From contig JBAZUT010000001.1 of NCBI GenBank assembly GCA_041661265.1, forward strand, positions 197,310 to 261,309: DNA of 64,000 bases, given 5' to 3'. How positions within the stretch are numbered: the first letter of the stretch is position 1; every line of letters starts with the position of its first letter. The translations under genes and the position numbers were made by a program. This document shows, in pieces, positions 35,220 to 46,400 of this stretch. The notes under the pieces were generated by a model, which did not search any database, was not told the origin of the DNA, and was given only the letters and a program-made list of their open reading frames with translations. This DNA is from Minisyncoccota bacterium. Its GTDB lineage: Bacteria; Patescibacteriota; Minisyncoccia; JAHIHE01; JAGLIN01.

Positions 35220-36233
35220 ATGGAAATTACAGATCCAATCGAAAAAGATGATGACAAAAAATTCGAATATACGCTTAGGCCTTCGAAATTGGACGAATTT
35301 ATCGGCCAGCAGAAGATCAAGGATAACATCGACATCTCGATAAGGGCGGCCAAGAAAAGGAACGAGCCGATCGATCATATCCTATTCCACGGACCGAGCG
35401 GCCTTGGAAAAACAACGCTTTCCCACCTTGTCGCGAACGAAATGGGAAAGAACATAAAGATCACATCCGGCCCGTCAGTCGAAAAAGTCGGTGATATAGG
35501 AGCGATCCTGACCAACATGGAGGACGGTGACATTCTTTTCATAGACGAGATCCATCGCCTCAACAAATTGATCGAGGAGGTGCTCTATCCTGCAATGGAA
35601 GATTACGCGCTGGACATAATAATCGGCAAAGGACCTTCAGCAAGAACTATCAGACTGGATCTTCCGAAATTCACGCTGATCGGCGCAACAACCAGAATCG
35701 ACCTCATCTCTTCTCCCCTCCTGAATCGTTTCGGACTGACCCATAGACTGGATTATTATGAGAACAATGAGATAAAAAAGATAATCACCCGCTCATGCAA
35801 GATCCTGGACATTGAGATCGACGACATTTCAGCTGAGATCATTGCATCGAGTTCAAGACAGACACCAAGGATCGCCAACAGGCTCCTGCGAAGAGTCAGG
35901 GATTATGCCCAAGTCAAAGGAGACGGGATCATAGATGAAAAGTCCACGGTCGAAACATTGAAGCATCTGGAGATAGACCGTTACGGACTAGACCCGACAG
36001 ACAGAAAAATACTTGAAATAATAATCAACAAATTCGATAACAGCCCCGTAGGCCTGTCCACGCTTGCGGCCAGCATCTCGGAAAATGAAGACACCATAGA
36101 AAATGTCTACGAACCGTATCTGCTGAAACTCGGTTTTATCATGAGAACGCCCAGGGGAAGAAGAGTTACCAAACTGGCATATGAACATCTGGGAATAGAG
36201 ATGCCGGAAGACAAACAAAATGCTCTGCTTTAA
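35220..36233 (+). CDS. ruvB: Holliday junction branch migration helicase RuvB
   Basis: [58 protein letters not shown]. Confidence 0.98.
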   Translation: MEITDPIEKDDDKKFEYTLRPSKLDEFIGQQKIKDNIDISIRAAKKRNEPIDHILFHGPSGLGKTTLSHLVANEMGKNIKITSGPSVEKVGDIGAILTNMEDGDILFIDEIHRLNKLIEEVLYPAMEDYALDIIIGKGPSARTIRLDLPKFTLIGATTRIDLISSPLLNRFGLTHRLDYYENNEIKKIITRSCKILDIEIDDISAEIIASSSRQTPRIANRLLRRVRDYAQVKGDGIIDEKSTVETLKHLEIDRYGLDPTDRKILEIIINKFDNSPVGLSTLAASISENEDTIENVYEPYLLKLGFIMRTPRGRRVTKLAYEHLGIEMPEDKQNALL

Positions 36234-36251
36234 TCCAGCTCACAAAACAGC

Positions 36252-36524
36252 ATGACAAATTTTATTATCAACGGAATTGTATTTGTCCTTATGCCGCTAG
36301 GGATATATTTCATCCTGGGCTACCTTGTATTCTACCATCTGCGGGCCTATGGATTAACGGGAGATCAAACAAAAAATACTGCTTATAAATTCACCGCCGT
36401 CCTTATTCTGATCACAATTATGATAGTTATCGTGTTCCTTTCGATAGACTGGAATGCCGGAAGCGCCGAGGATTTTTTTTCAAGATCAAGTAAAATTTTA
36501 AATGGAGAAAATTATGAGCAATAG
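36252..36524 (+). CDS. small membrane protein
   Basis: Two TM helices, YHLRAYG motif. Confidence 0.7.
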   Translation: MTNFIINGIVFVLMPLGIYFILGYLVFYHLRAYGLTGDQTKNTAYKFTAVLILITIMIVIVFLSIDWNAGSAEDFFSRSSKILNGENYEQ

Positions 36525-37098
36525 CAACAAAGCAGAATCGTTTGAAGGCTATTCCTTCCCGGGACAAAGAAACGGAGAAACGATAAAGCTTATCATAAGA
36601 AGGCATGTTCTCATTTTAGTTTCTTATTTTGCCTATCTTTTCGTCATGGCCGCAATGCCGATTATTTTCTATCTGTTGGCGGTCCCGAACATGCTGCCGG
36701 CCTTTTATGAATATCCCTATGACAGGATGTTCGTCCTGCTCTGTCTTATATATTACGGATTCATCTGGATCGTAGCCTTTGTCATCTGGACCGACTATTA
36801 TCTTGATATATGGATAATAACAGACCAAAGACTTATCGACATCGAACAGGTAGGGTTCTTCTCGAGAGTGGTCTCTGAATTGGACTTGAAAAGGATTCAG
36901 GATATTACAAGCGAAGTGAAGGGAATGCCCCAAACGATGTTCGGATTCGGAGATGTTCATATACAAACAGCATCGGAACATACAAAATTCGACCTCACGT
37001 CTATCCCTCACCCCGTAATCACGAGAAGGGCCATCGTTGATCTTTATGAAGCGGCGAGAGAGAAGGACAGATTTATCTTTAAAGACAGGGACGAATAA
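36502..37098 (+). CDS. membrane protein with a bacterial PH domain
   Basis: WIITDQRLIDIEQ.GFF, RIQDI, FGFGDVHIQTA. Confidence 0.85.
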   Translation: MEKIMSNSNKAESFEGYSFPGQRNGETIKLIIRRHVLILVSYFAYLFVMAAMPIIFYLLAVPNMLPAFYEYPYDRMFVLLCLIYYGFIWIVAFVIWTDYYLDIWIITDQRLIDIEQVGFFSRVVSELDLKRIQDITSEVKGMPQTMFGFGDVHIQTASEHTKFDLTSIPHPVITRRAIVDLYEAAREKDRFIFKDRDE

Positions 37099-37441
37099 AT
37101 ATCCGACGTAAATTGCGGCTTGCCGATATCGCATCCCGGTATTTATTTTTGAAGCATTGATGCGCGGAAAATTTCCACAACACAAAAAGCTTGCTCATCC
37201 CGCCGTCCGGCCTGTCCGAAAGACAGGTTCTGAAAAAAATAAAAAGGCTTAACGCCTTTATTTTATCTTCGATCCAAAAAATCGAATAATTCTCTTTTTT
37301 TATTTATCTCCTCCTTCTTTTTATTTTTTTTGCCTTTATCACTGTCTTTTGTGTCATTTGTATTTTCCGAATTTTCATCTTTCATACTATCGCATCCGAC
37401 ATAATCCGATCCTTTGAGATATTATATAGCCACACCGAAAT

Positions 37442-39547
37442 ATGTCAATGATCAAAAAATTCATAATGATCCTGCTACTGCCAGCTTTGCTTTCCATGGC
37501 GATCTTTTTCATATCGAGCCGGAAACTCAGCGATAATATCGTTTCAATATACAAAAATGGACAATCGGAGATAATGGCGGATAGAAATTCGGGAAAGATC
37601 CTGATAAAAGAGAACCCGTCCGGTTATTTCGCCGAATATTCCGAAGATGTTCCGGATAATTTCAAGGGATACCTTATCGGAAAAGAAGATAAATATTTCT
37701 ATTATCACCGGGGAATAAACCCCATCAGCAGCTTCAGGGCCGCTTTCAATTATTTGTCGGGAAAGAAAAATCTTGCCTCCAGCACGCTCACCCAGCAGCT
37801 TGCAAAAATACTTCTCAAAAACGAAAATGACCGCAGTCTGAAGAATAAGATCACGGAATCCATATATGCTCTCAGCATGGAGATCAACCTCAGCAAGGAT
37901 GACATATTGGAAATGTATGCAAATACCGTCTATTTTGGAAACAAAGCCCAGGGCATAAACGAGGCCAGCAGGCTCTATTTCGGCCTTTCCCCCGGCATGC
38001 TTAGCAAGGAACAGACCCTTCAGCTGATCTCGACGATAAGCGGGCCATCCATCAATAATCCGTTCCTGGTTGAAAACGCATCTTCCTCCAATGATCTGGC
38101 GGGATATCTGAAAATAGAAACTCAAAACATCGAGCCGCTGACAACGGAAGAAATCGCAGCAAAGCGAAAACAGTTCAATGATTACGTGAACGGGACGAAT
38201 CGCTTCGAAATGGAATCTTTGGGGGTCGATTGCGCCGACAGCTGCAACCTTACGATCGACGGCAGCCTAAGCGACAAGGTCAGGGAGATCCTGAAGAGAA
38301 ATCTTCTCTCCTCCAGCGACAAAAAAGTTACGAACGGCGCAGTGGTCGTCATAAAACTTCCTGAAAACGAACTTCTTTCGGTCATCGGTTCTCCGGATCC
38401 AAGATTTGGAGATTACGGCTATCAGATAAATATGGCAAAAGAGCCCAGGCCGATCGGATCAACGATAAAACCGTTTATCTATCTGAAGGCTTTTGAAAAA
38501 GGACTGAGGCCCTACACTCTGGTCGAAGACAAAGAATATAAGTATATGATCGGGTCGGGATTTCCCCTTTATCCCAAGAACTATGACTATCAATATCACG
38601 GCATCGTAAACCTTCACTATGCCCTTTCCAACAGCTTGAATGTCCCGTCCGTTATCGTACTGGAGGACGTGGGCCTGGATAATTTCTATAAATTCATGCT
38701 CGACGATCTGCAGCTCAAACCGGTTCAGGACATGGAGAATTATCAGCTTGGGATCGCCCTCGGAGAATTGGAAACAGACCTTCTTAGCCTCTCCTACTAT
38801 TTCACGATCTTCCCAAGCGGAGGACAATTGCACCCGCTTAAAATATATAAAGATAAGAACGACTTCAAATACAATCTCAAAACCGATTTTTCCCTGAATA
38901 AAACAATTTCCAAAGAGAGCTATGTCCAGCTGATCAACAAGGTTCTCAGCGACAGAAAAACAGGCGTAGAACAGTTCGGGATAAAAAGCAGCCTCAATCT
39001 TCCATATGATAATTACGCGGTCAAGACCGGAACATCAAGAGAGTTTCACGACAGCTGGACGATCGGTTATACTCCTGATTTTCTGGTGGGCGTCTGGGTC
39101 GGAAACAGCGACAACACGCCCATGGATAATGTTTCCGGACAAAGCGGCGCGGGTTCGGTCTGGAACGAGGTCATGTCGCTTATGATGAATTCCGCATATA
39201 ACAAAAAAACTTCCTTTAATTTCAGATACATCAAAGATTATTACGAGAACGATTTCATTGAATATGGACTTGCCGGAGATGACTATGAAAAGCAGAAGAT
39301 GATGCTCATGAAATATAAATTGATCGCAAGCCCTCACGATAACGATACTTTCCTTTTTGAAAATAACACGCAGATCCCCTTGAAGTCGAAAGAGGAAAGC
39401 AAATGGTATATAAATGACGAGCTTCTCGGTTCGGGGAAAGAAATCATATTTGTTCCCCAAAATTACGGAATATACAAAATAGAGGCAGCATCCACTGAAA
39501 GTGAAAAAAAAGAATCCATTTCAATACGCCTCGAAAAAGACCGATAA
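37442..39547 (+). CDS. penicillin-binding protein 1C-like (transglycosylase + transpeptidase + C-terminal beta domain)
   Basis: KEDKYFYYHRG, STLTQQLAK, GSTIKP, SLN, KTGTS, C-terminal KWYIND. Confidence 0.88.
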   Translation: MSMIKKFIMILLLPALLSMAIFFISSRKLSDNIVSIYKNGQSEIMADRNSGKILIKENPSGYFAEYSEDVPDNFKGYLIGKEDKYFYYHRGINPISSFRAAFNYLSGKKNLASSTLTQQLAKILLKNENDRSLKNKITESIYALSMEINLSKDDILEMYANTVYFGNKAQGINEASRLYFGLSPGMLSKEQTLQLISTISGPSINNPFLVENASSSNDLAGYLKIETQNIEPLTTEEIAAKRKQFNDYVNGTNRFEMESLGVDCADSCNLTIDGSLSDKVREILKRNLLSSSDKKVTNGAVVVIKLPENELLSVIGSPDPRFGDYGYQINMAKEPRPIGSTIKPFIYLKAFEKGLRPYTLVEDKEYKYMIGSGFPLYPKNYDYQYHGIVNLHYALSNSLNVPSVIVLEDVGLDNFYKFMLDDLQLKPVQDMENYQLGIALGELETDLLSLSYYFTIFPSGGQLHPLKIYKDKNDFKYNLKTDFSLNKTISKESYVQLINKVLSDRKTGVEQFGIKSSLNLPYDNYAVKTGTSREFHDSWTIGYTPDFLVGVWVGNSDNTPMDNVSGQSGAGSVWNEVMSLMMNSAYNKKTSFNFRYIKDYYENDFIEYGLAGDDYEKQKMMLMKYKLIASPHDNDTFLFENNTQIPLKSKEESKWYINDELLGSGKEIIFVPQNYGIYKIEAASTESEKKESISIRLEKDR

Positions 39548-39901
39548 TGCTTCCTCGTTAACCATCCGCTAACACATCCCCGCCATTGAAAAAAGAAAAT
39601 GCTACACGACATTTTTTTTGTTTTCTCGCCTTTAAACACGGGTTATTGCTCAGAAAATACAGCATATCGTAATACGCAACAGCCATCCAAAGCAATACCC
39701 CCGTCTCCTTCAAAGACCCTTTCTGTCTTTTTTCCGCCCATAATCGGGCCAGTATATTCAAGTCCAAATTGCATATTTCTCCATCTCATGATCTTTTTGC
39801 TTTCCACAATAATAAATAATGAACGTATTCGTCTCAAAAAAAATACCACGCCTGTAGTATGTTTCAACGATGATCGAAGTTGAATCCGAGCCCGGACGAC
39901 A

Positions 39902-41839
39902 CTACCCTCCAAGCCCGAACCCTCTCACAAACAAAGGCGCCGCTTGATCCGATGTTTTGCCATCGGAATCTATCGGGACCTGTGAAATATTTTTCGGCCA
40001 TGGCAAGGGCAGCTTCCCCGTGAACGGCACATCGCCAAAAATAACATCAGCCACGCCTCTTCCTTCGCTTCCGGGCAACCAGGCGGCAACCAGCGCATCC
40101 CAGTCGCTTATCAGATCCGAAATAATGAGCGGGCGCCCCGAAACGATGATCACAACCACCCGTTTGCTCTTCTTTCTAAGATTGTTAATAGCGTCGATAT
40201 CGGATCTGTCCAAGGTCGGATTAGCATTATCTCCCCAGCCTTCCGTATAAGGTTTTTCACTGACCACGGCAATGCCGATTTCAGCCTGTCCCGTCTCCCC
40301 CGCAAAATTCCCGGAAGCATCAAAAACCACCTCGGTCGACGAAGCCACCGACTCCTTTATTCCTTTCAGGATCGAAGTTGATCCGGGAAGCCAATTGCCG
40401 TCAATTCCCTGCCATTCCACCGTCCATCCGCCGCATTGCCGTCCCACATTATCGGCGCCGCTTCCGGACACAAGGATCTTATTGATATTTTTTGAGAGGG
40501 GCAATAAGCCGTTTTCATTCTTCAGGAGAACCAGCGACTTACTTACGGCTGTCCTTGCCAACGCCCGATGAGCATCAGATCCGATAACGGACAGATCATG
40601 CTTAGCATCTTTTTGATCGAACAGTCCGGCCGCGAATTTTACGCGCAAGATCCTGCTCACGGCGTCATTGATCCTCTCCTCACTGATCTCGCCTCTTGCC
40701 ACCGCCTTGTTCACGTTCCTGATGAAAGGCTTATATTCCAAGGGAAGCATAACCATGTCAACTCCGGCATTTATCGCCCTAACAGCCGAACGATAATCGT
40801 CATTTTTTACAATCTCATAAACGCCATACCAGTCGGAAACGACAAATCCCTTGAAGCCAAGTTCTTTTTTCAGAACGTCTGTGATCAAGTATTCATTCGC
40901 CGCCAGCTTTTCACCTCCCCAGCTGTTCAGCCCGACCATAACCGTCAGCGCACCCGAGTTCACAGCTGAGGCGAACGGAGGCAAATACTCCTTCCGTAGC
41001 GCATTTTCATCGGCAGGAGTCGCTCCCTGATCTATCTTAAATTTTTTATTCGTTGAAGTGCCCCAAAGCGCCGCGCCTGTTCCCAGATAGTGCTTGGGTG
41101 TGGCCAGGATCATCAGACCGTCCTGGCGGTTTGTCTGCAATCCGGTAATGAACGCCGAGCTTAAATTTTCAACCAATAACGGATCGTCTGAAAAAGCCTC
41201 ATAGGTTCTGCCCCACCGGAAATCTTTCGGCATATCCAGAGTGGGAGAAAAGATCCAATTCACTCCCGTAGCTCCAACTTCCTCTGCTGTCGCTCCGGCT
41301 ATCTCGCTCACCAGCTTCGGGTCTGAAGCGGCGCCAAGACCTATGAAGTGAGGATATATTACGGCGCCCGGAACATTTCCATGGCCGTGATTTGCGTCAA
41401 TGCCATATAAAAGCGGTATGCCGAGGCGCGTCTGTAATGCCGCATTTTCCAGCTCAGTCACCATTTCAAGCCATCCTTCCGGCGTGTTTTCTTTTGGTTT
41501 CCCTCCGCCGCCGCTCAGCATTGCGCCCAGGCCATACTGTGTTACATCATTGCTATCTTTTACACTATTCTTCTCCATCAAAGCCATCTGTCCGATCTTT
41601 TCCCTCAGACTCATTCTCCTGAGAAGATCATTTACCCTGTCTTCGATAGGCAGCCCGGCCTGACGATAAATTGCATTGGCTTCAGGAGGGAGTAGTTCCG
41701 GAGAAAAATCAGTGCGGTCTATCATCGTCAGCGCCACTGCCGCCAATATCAGCAAAACCGCTATAGTTAAAATAAAATCCCGATGTCCTATCATCGTTTT
41801 ATTTTTCCGAACATTGGAATTATGCCTGAAAATACTCAT
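39902..41839 (-). CDS. glycoside hydrolase family 3 (beta-glucosidase-like), membrane-anchored
   Basis: EKIGQM, GIDANHG, WGRTYE, KHY, GFVVSDW, AWLPGSEG. Confidence 0.93.
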   Translation of the reverse strand: MSIFRHNSNVRKNKTMIGHRDFILTIAVLLILAAVALTMIDRTDFSPELLPPEANAIYRQAGLPIEDRVNDLLRRMSLREKIGQMALMEKNSVKDSNDVTQYGLGAMLSGGGGKPKENTPEGWLEMVTELENAALQTRLGIPLLYGIDANHGHGNVPGAVIYPHFIGLGAASDPKLVSEIAGATAEEVGATGVNWIFSPTLDMPKDFRWGRTYEAFSDDPLLVENLSSAFITGLQTNRQDGLMILATPKHYLGTGAALWGTSTNKKFKIDQGATPADENALRKEYLPPFASAVNSGALTVMVGLNSWGGEKLAANEYLITDVLKKELGFKGFVVSDWYGVYEIVKNDDYRSAVRAINAGVDMVMLPLEYKPFIRNVNKAVARGEISEERINDAVSRILRVKFAAGLFDQKDAKHDLSVIGSDAHRALARTAVSKSLVLLKNENGLLPLSKNINKILVSGSGADNVGRQCGGWTVEWQGIDGNWLPGSTSILKGIKESVASSTEVVFDASGNFAGETGQAEIGIAVVSEKPYTEGWGDNANPTLDRSDIDAINNLRKKSKRVVVIIVSGRPLIISDLISDWDALVAAWLPGSEGRGVADVIFGDVPFTGKLPLPWPKNISQVPIDSDGKTSDQAAPLFVRGFGLGG

Positions 41840-41964
41840 ATCCGGACAATGATAATGAAATTTGCGCCGATATGCTAAAATATAATCCTGAGAATAACAA
41901 TGAATTAAACTGCTTCATATCGTCAAAAACATCCGGAATGTTCTGATTATCCAGTCCATGGAAA

Positions 41965-43344
41965 CTACCATCCGAATTGTCTCCCGACCTCTTCCGGAGT
42001 TTCTCTTTTTCGAGCCATCGTCAGGATCCCGTTCTGAGCAATGACCTTGGCCGGAGAAGAGAGCAGACAATGATGCGAACTCAGCGCATCCTGATAGGCT
42101 CCCGTATCGAAAACAGCCAGATATTGCGGCTCTTTTGGATCACCCTCTTCCAGACCAGGAAGCAGGACATAATGCCCGCCTGCAGTATATTTGTCATCGG
42201 AATCACAGCTTGATCCCGCAAGCCAGACTCTGTTGAATTTTTTCGCGTTCATGTTATTGACCGGAGTCACGTGCCACTTCTGATGTATCGCCCACGTATC
42301 CGAAAGATCATTAATGAAACTTCCGTCTATTATATACCATTTCTTCGCGGGCCCTTTTTCGATGTTCTTCTGGTGGATCACTTTGAAGATGGTGATCTGC
42401 GCCGGAGCGACAAGGAACCTCCCCCACTCGACGATAATATCCGGAGGCTCGATGTTTTCCTTTGCGGATATCTCGCTCAAGGTTTTGATTATATTCTTGA
42501 CGACCCCCTCCGTCGGATACATTTTCTTTTTCTCATAAGGCACTGCGAATCCTCCTCCGATATCAACCGCATCAAGCGATGGGTTGACTTTTTTCAGCTT
42601 GACATACAGATCCATCATACCTTTGAGGAGAAGCACGAGATCCTTTGATTCTTCGATCTGCGAACCGATATGGCAATGCAGTATCTTCAGATTCTTTATC
42701 CTTCCGACATTCGTTATTTCCGATTCGGAAAAACCGAACCGATTGAATTTTTTATCCCATCTCGATTTCACTTTCACATCTACGTCTATCCTGATCCCAA
42801 GGTCGCCCACCAGTTTCGCGCACTTCGGATCAGTAAAATAGGCCAATTCATCTTCGTCTTCGATTATTGGAATGATGTGAAGTCCCCGCGATTTGAGATC
42901 GGAGATCAATCCCAGATATGCCTTCGTTTTCGGACCGTTGCATATGACCCTGATCTTGGAGCTGAACTGATCCTGTTCCCACAATTTTTTCACAAGCCAC
43001 AATTCATTCGCAGAGCTTACTTCGAGATTTCCCCCTTCGCTGATGATCGGCAGAACAAACTCCTTGTTCTGATTGACTTTCATCGGATAGTGATAAAGAA
43101 ACCGGCCATGATAGTTATAGAACTTTATGTACCGGTTGAACTCATCGAACAGATTATTCAGCCTTCTCTCGATCACAAACGGAAAGGTCACCTCAAGCGG
43201 ACTTCCGAAACGCTTTATAAGGTCCATTGCGTTATATTGGTAGTTCCCTTCCCTGATAATCAGTTCTCCTGATTTGTTGATATCGAAAATTTCGGTATTG
43301 AACTCTTTCTTTCCGAATTTCCAGAACTTCTTATAATTTTTCAT
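41965..43344 (-). CDS. PLP-dependent fold III decarboxylase, arginine decarboxylase-like
   Basis: YPMKVNQ, CNGPK, HCHIGSQ, DIGGG, EWGR, SCDSDD, GAYQ. Confidence 0.85.
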   Translation of the reverse strand: MKNYKKFWKFGKKEFNTEIFDINKSGELIIREGNYQYNAMDLIKRFGSPLEVTFPFVIERRLNNLFDEFNRYIKFYNYHGRFLYHYPMKVNQNKEFVLPIISEGGNLEVSSANELWLVKKLWEQDQFSSKIRVICNGPKTKAYLGLISDLKSRGLHIIPIIEDEDELAYFTDPKCAKLVGDLGIRIDVDVKVKSRWDKKFNRFGFSESEITNVGRIKNLKILHCHIGSQIEESKDLVLLLKGMMDLYVKLKKVNPSLDAVDIGGGFAVPYEKKKMYPTEGVVKNIIKTLSEISAKENIEPPDIIVEWGRFLVAPAQITIFKVIHQKNIEKGPAKKWYIIDGSFINDLSDTWAIHQKWHVTPVNNMNAKKFNRVWLAGSSCDSDDKYTAGGHYVLLPGLEEGDPKEPQYLAVFDTGAYQDALSSHHCLLSSPAKVIAQNGILTMARKRETPEEVGRQFGW

Positions 43345-43452
43345 CTTTTTGGATAATTATTATGCTATGAATAACAATATAGAACTATTTGGACATTTTG
43401 TAAACATCGAAAAACGCCAGGAGCTGTTCCTGACGTTTTTTTTTGCGGATCA

Positions 43453-46400
43453 CTACTTTATTTCAAAGTAATCTCCCCTTGTACGCCCGAAATTTTCCGG
43501 AAAATACATTTCGGAAACTACGGCCGGGAGGTGATGGAACTTTCCGGGAACCAGAACCCTGACATAATAGTCGTACTCATATTCACCCTCGCTTAATCCT
43601 TCAGTGAAAAGGAATAGCCGGTCATTCCTGTATTCAACCATATCCGGATGGAGTTTGCCGTCATTATAGTAATCCCACCAATAGTTGTCCCTGTTATTGT
43701 TCCCGTCCTCTGCGATCAAAGACTGATCCTCGGTAGCCAGATTGAAATTGACAAGCTCTGTTCCTGCCGGTATGAAATCCTCGACAGAGACAAAATTCCT
43801 TTGTGCCGGAACAAGGAGCTTTATATGTCCCCTGAGAACGTCTCCGACCTTCGCTTCTTTTATCGGATTCTCATTCTTCTTGTCATCGATCGCAAAGAAA
43901 TCCCTTTCGATCGTGAAGCCCTCGTCCCGAGGAGGTATCTGATTGATGGGGAGAAAATATTTCAGCGAGATGTCATAATAGAAATTATTATTCAACTCAT
44001 TGTTGTCCTTTTTCCGGAACAATATGCTGCCGATCGAACCGAATTTCATTTCACCGACAGGCACTTCAAGGCTGTTTTGGCTGAGAACGGTTTCAGGCGT
44101 ATAACCGAATGACTGCTTCTCAACTCCATCCAGAAGGATCGTAAGATCGAAATTGGACTCATTCTCCTTCTGCCAATTTATATAATCCGTAAACGCATCG
44201 ATCACCGAAAGCGTGTTGTTCGTCGATCCCCACGCTCCATCTTTGCTCCTCGAGCGGAGGAGCCATCTCATCAGACGGTCCAGGATCTCATTATCTTTCT
44301 TATCCTCGACCAGGACCTTGAGAAGCATCGCCGTATCCTTGATCGGCGTTGCATAATATTGCCAGGTCACATTCTTCGCAGGCGGAAGGAAAGCGCCCCT
44401 TGAATCGATATCGATCCTGTTCTCCAGGATATTGAAGACCTTCGCTTTATAATTTTTTCCGAATGCCGCCTCATTCTCAACGAGAATGGAAGCCAGGGTC
44501 ACAAGCGAAGTGTTGCTTATCTCTTCGTTCAGATATTTGTCATCGTTATTTATCGCCTTGATATAACTCGTCAGATTGTCGCTTATCTTCCCGTAATCAC
44601 TAAGTTTTGTCAGAGTGCCGAAGGCAAGTATCATAAAATCTCTGTCTTTCTGGAGATCCGTATCATAGCTGACCTTGTTGTTGATGTAATTAAAGGACCG
44701 CCTCAAACTATCCTCGTTTACCGCATAGCCGGCATCCTTCAGACTTTTTATGGTACTTGCAACATGCAAAGTCAGATAAACATTAGGCAAGCTGTCCGGA
44801 TAATAGCCGAAGCTTCCGTCGCCTTTCTGATTCAGATAGAGCCTTGAAAGTCCAATATCAACAACTTCATCGACCGTATATTCCCTCTGATCGAATTCTA
44901 TATTCTTGAGATTGAATTTGTCCCCGATGTTCTTGAGATTCAGCCCGCGCTTCACCACTGCGATAGAATCGAGTTTGCTGGCAACCTGCTCGCTGCATCC
45001 ATAGGGATAGCCGAGAAGATAATTAAGGGCATCAGAAATGAAGACTGCAAGGGTCGCGCTCGTCTTTATCGTCATCTCTCCCCTGTCCTTGACCACATTA
45101 TCCGGGAGATATGAGAACTCGAAGACTTCCGGATCCTTGGAGTATCCGCTCGTAGCCGTGGCTTCATACGTCTCGTTTCTCGCCACCTTGATCGTATTCT
45201 CAACGGTATCCTCATAGTCCTTACTCTTGGCGGCCAGCGTAAATGTGTGAGTTCCATCCTGTTTATCGGAAGATGCCGCTACATTGAAATATATCGTATT
45301 GGATTCTTTAGCGGCAAGCGTTATATCCTTTACACTTTGATCATTTTTAAGCGCAAGCGTTTCGCTGGAAAAGCTGACAGAAAGATCCAGCGCATTATTC
45401 GTCTGATTGAAGATCTTTGCGCCGATCATAAATTCATCTCCTGGGATCGCAAAACGGGGCTTGAGAGGCACCACCATTAGGTCTTTGCGGCTCGTGAATT
45501 CGCTGTAACCCACTCCAAGCTTCGTATCTTTGGTTATACCGATGGATTCAACCTGCCACGAAGTGAGATTGTCCGGTAATTTGAACTTAACCTGAGCCTT
45601 TCCATCGGCGTCCGTAACAACGACTGCCTGCCAGAATGCCGTATCTTTGAATTCGCCTCTTTTTTTCTTTGCAAGATCCTCCGGCTCTCCTCCGCCTCCG
45701 CCCTTGGTCTCGCCCGGCACATTCACTTCATACAATATATCTTTCATGCTGCTTGAGGTTGAGATCGTGAGCGGAAATCCTCCATAAAAGAACACTACCG
45801 GATTCTTCTTCGGATTGCCCTTCAAAGCAAGAACGCTGAGGTCCGCAACGGAAACCGAAAATTCGGTTTCAGCCGGCCTGCCCTCAAAGTCCTTGGATTC
45901 AAAATCTATGGTCACTTCTTCGCCCGGAAGATATTCGGTCTTGTTGGTCTTGGCCGATATATCCAATTCTTTCTTTTCGGTGTCCACCTGAAAATCAAGC
46001 TTGGCGAACCTTACCTCCGGATCCGGTGAAATGAGGATCGCGGTCACGAAGAAGTTGGGAATATATTCCGGAAGAATGTCGAACTTATAGTCGAAAAGGT
46101 TCTGATTCACATCGATTATTTTGTAATCGAATATTTTTCCTCTTTCGATGCTTATAAGCACCTTTGCCCTTTCATAAGGAGATTTGATGACGATCTCGCC
46201 CTGGTCGCCCACCTTCAGACTGTTCTTTGCTGTGATCATTTCGAGCGCATTGTCATTCGAAACCCTAACATCGACTTGCGCCTCCCCATAAACATACATG
46301 TTGTAATTGCTCTCGATCGAATTGCCCTTGGCATCCTGGCCCGAAACCGTAAGCTCATATTCCCCTTCCTCGGCAAGCGACAGCGAATCCTTCCAGTTTC

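Noticed and set aside
37240-37400. Short Lys-rich minus-strand ORFs around A homopolymers (possible frameshifted gene)
   Set aside because: Low complexity, under 40 aa, no supporting motif
39558-39912. Three overlapping short ORFs between the PBP1C-like and GH3 genes
   Set aside because: Mutually overlapping with no convincing start context; cannot choose one
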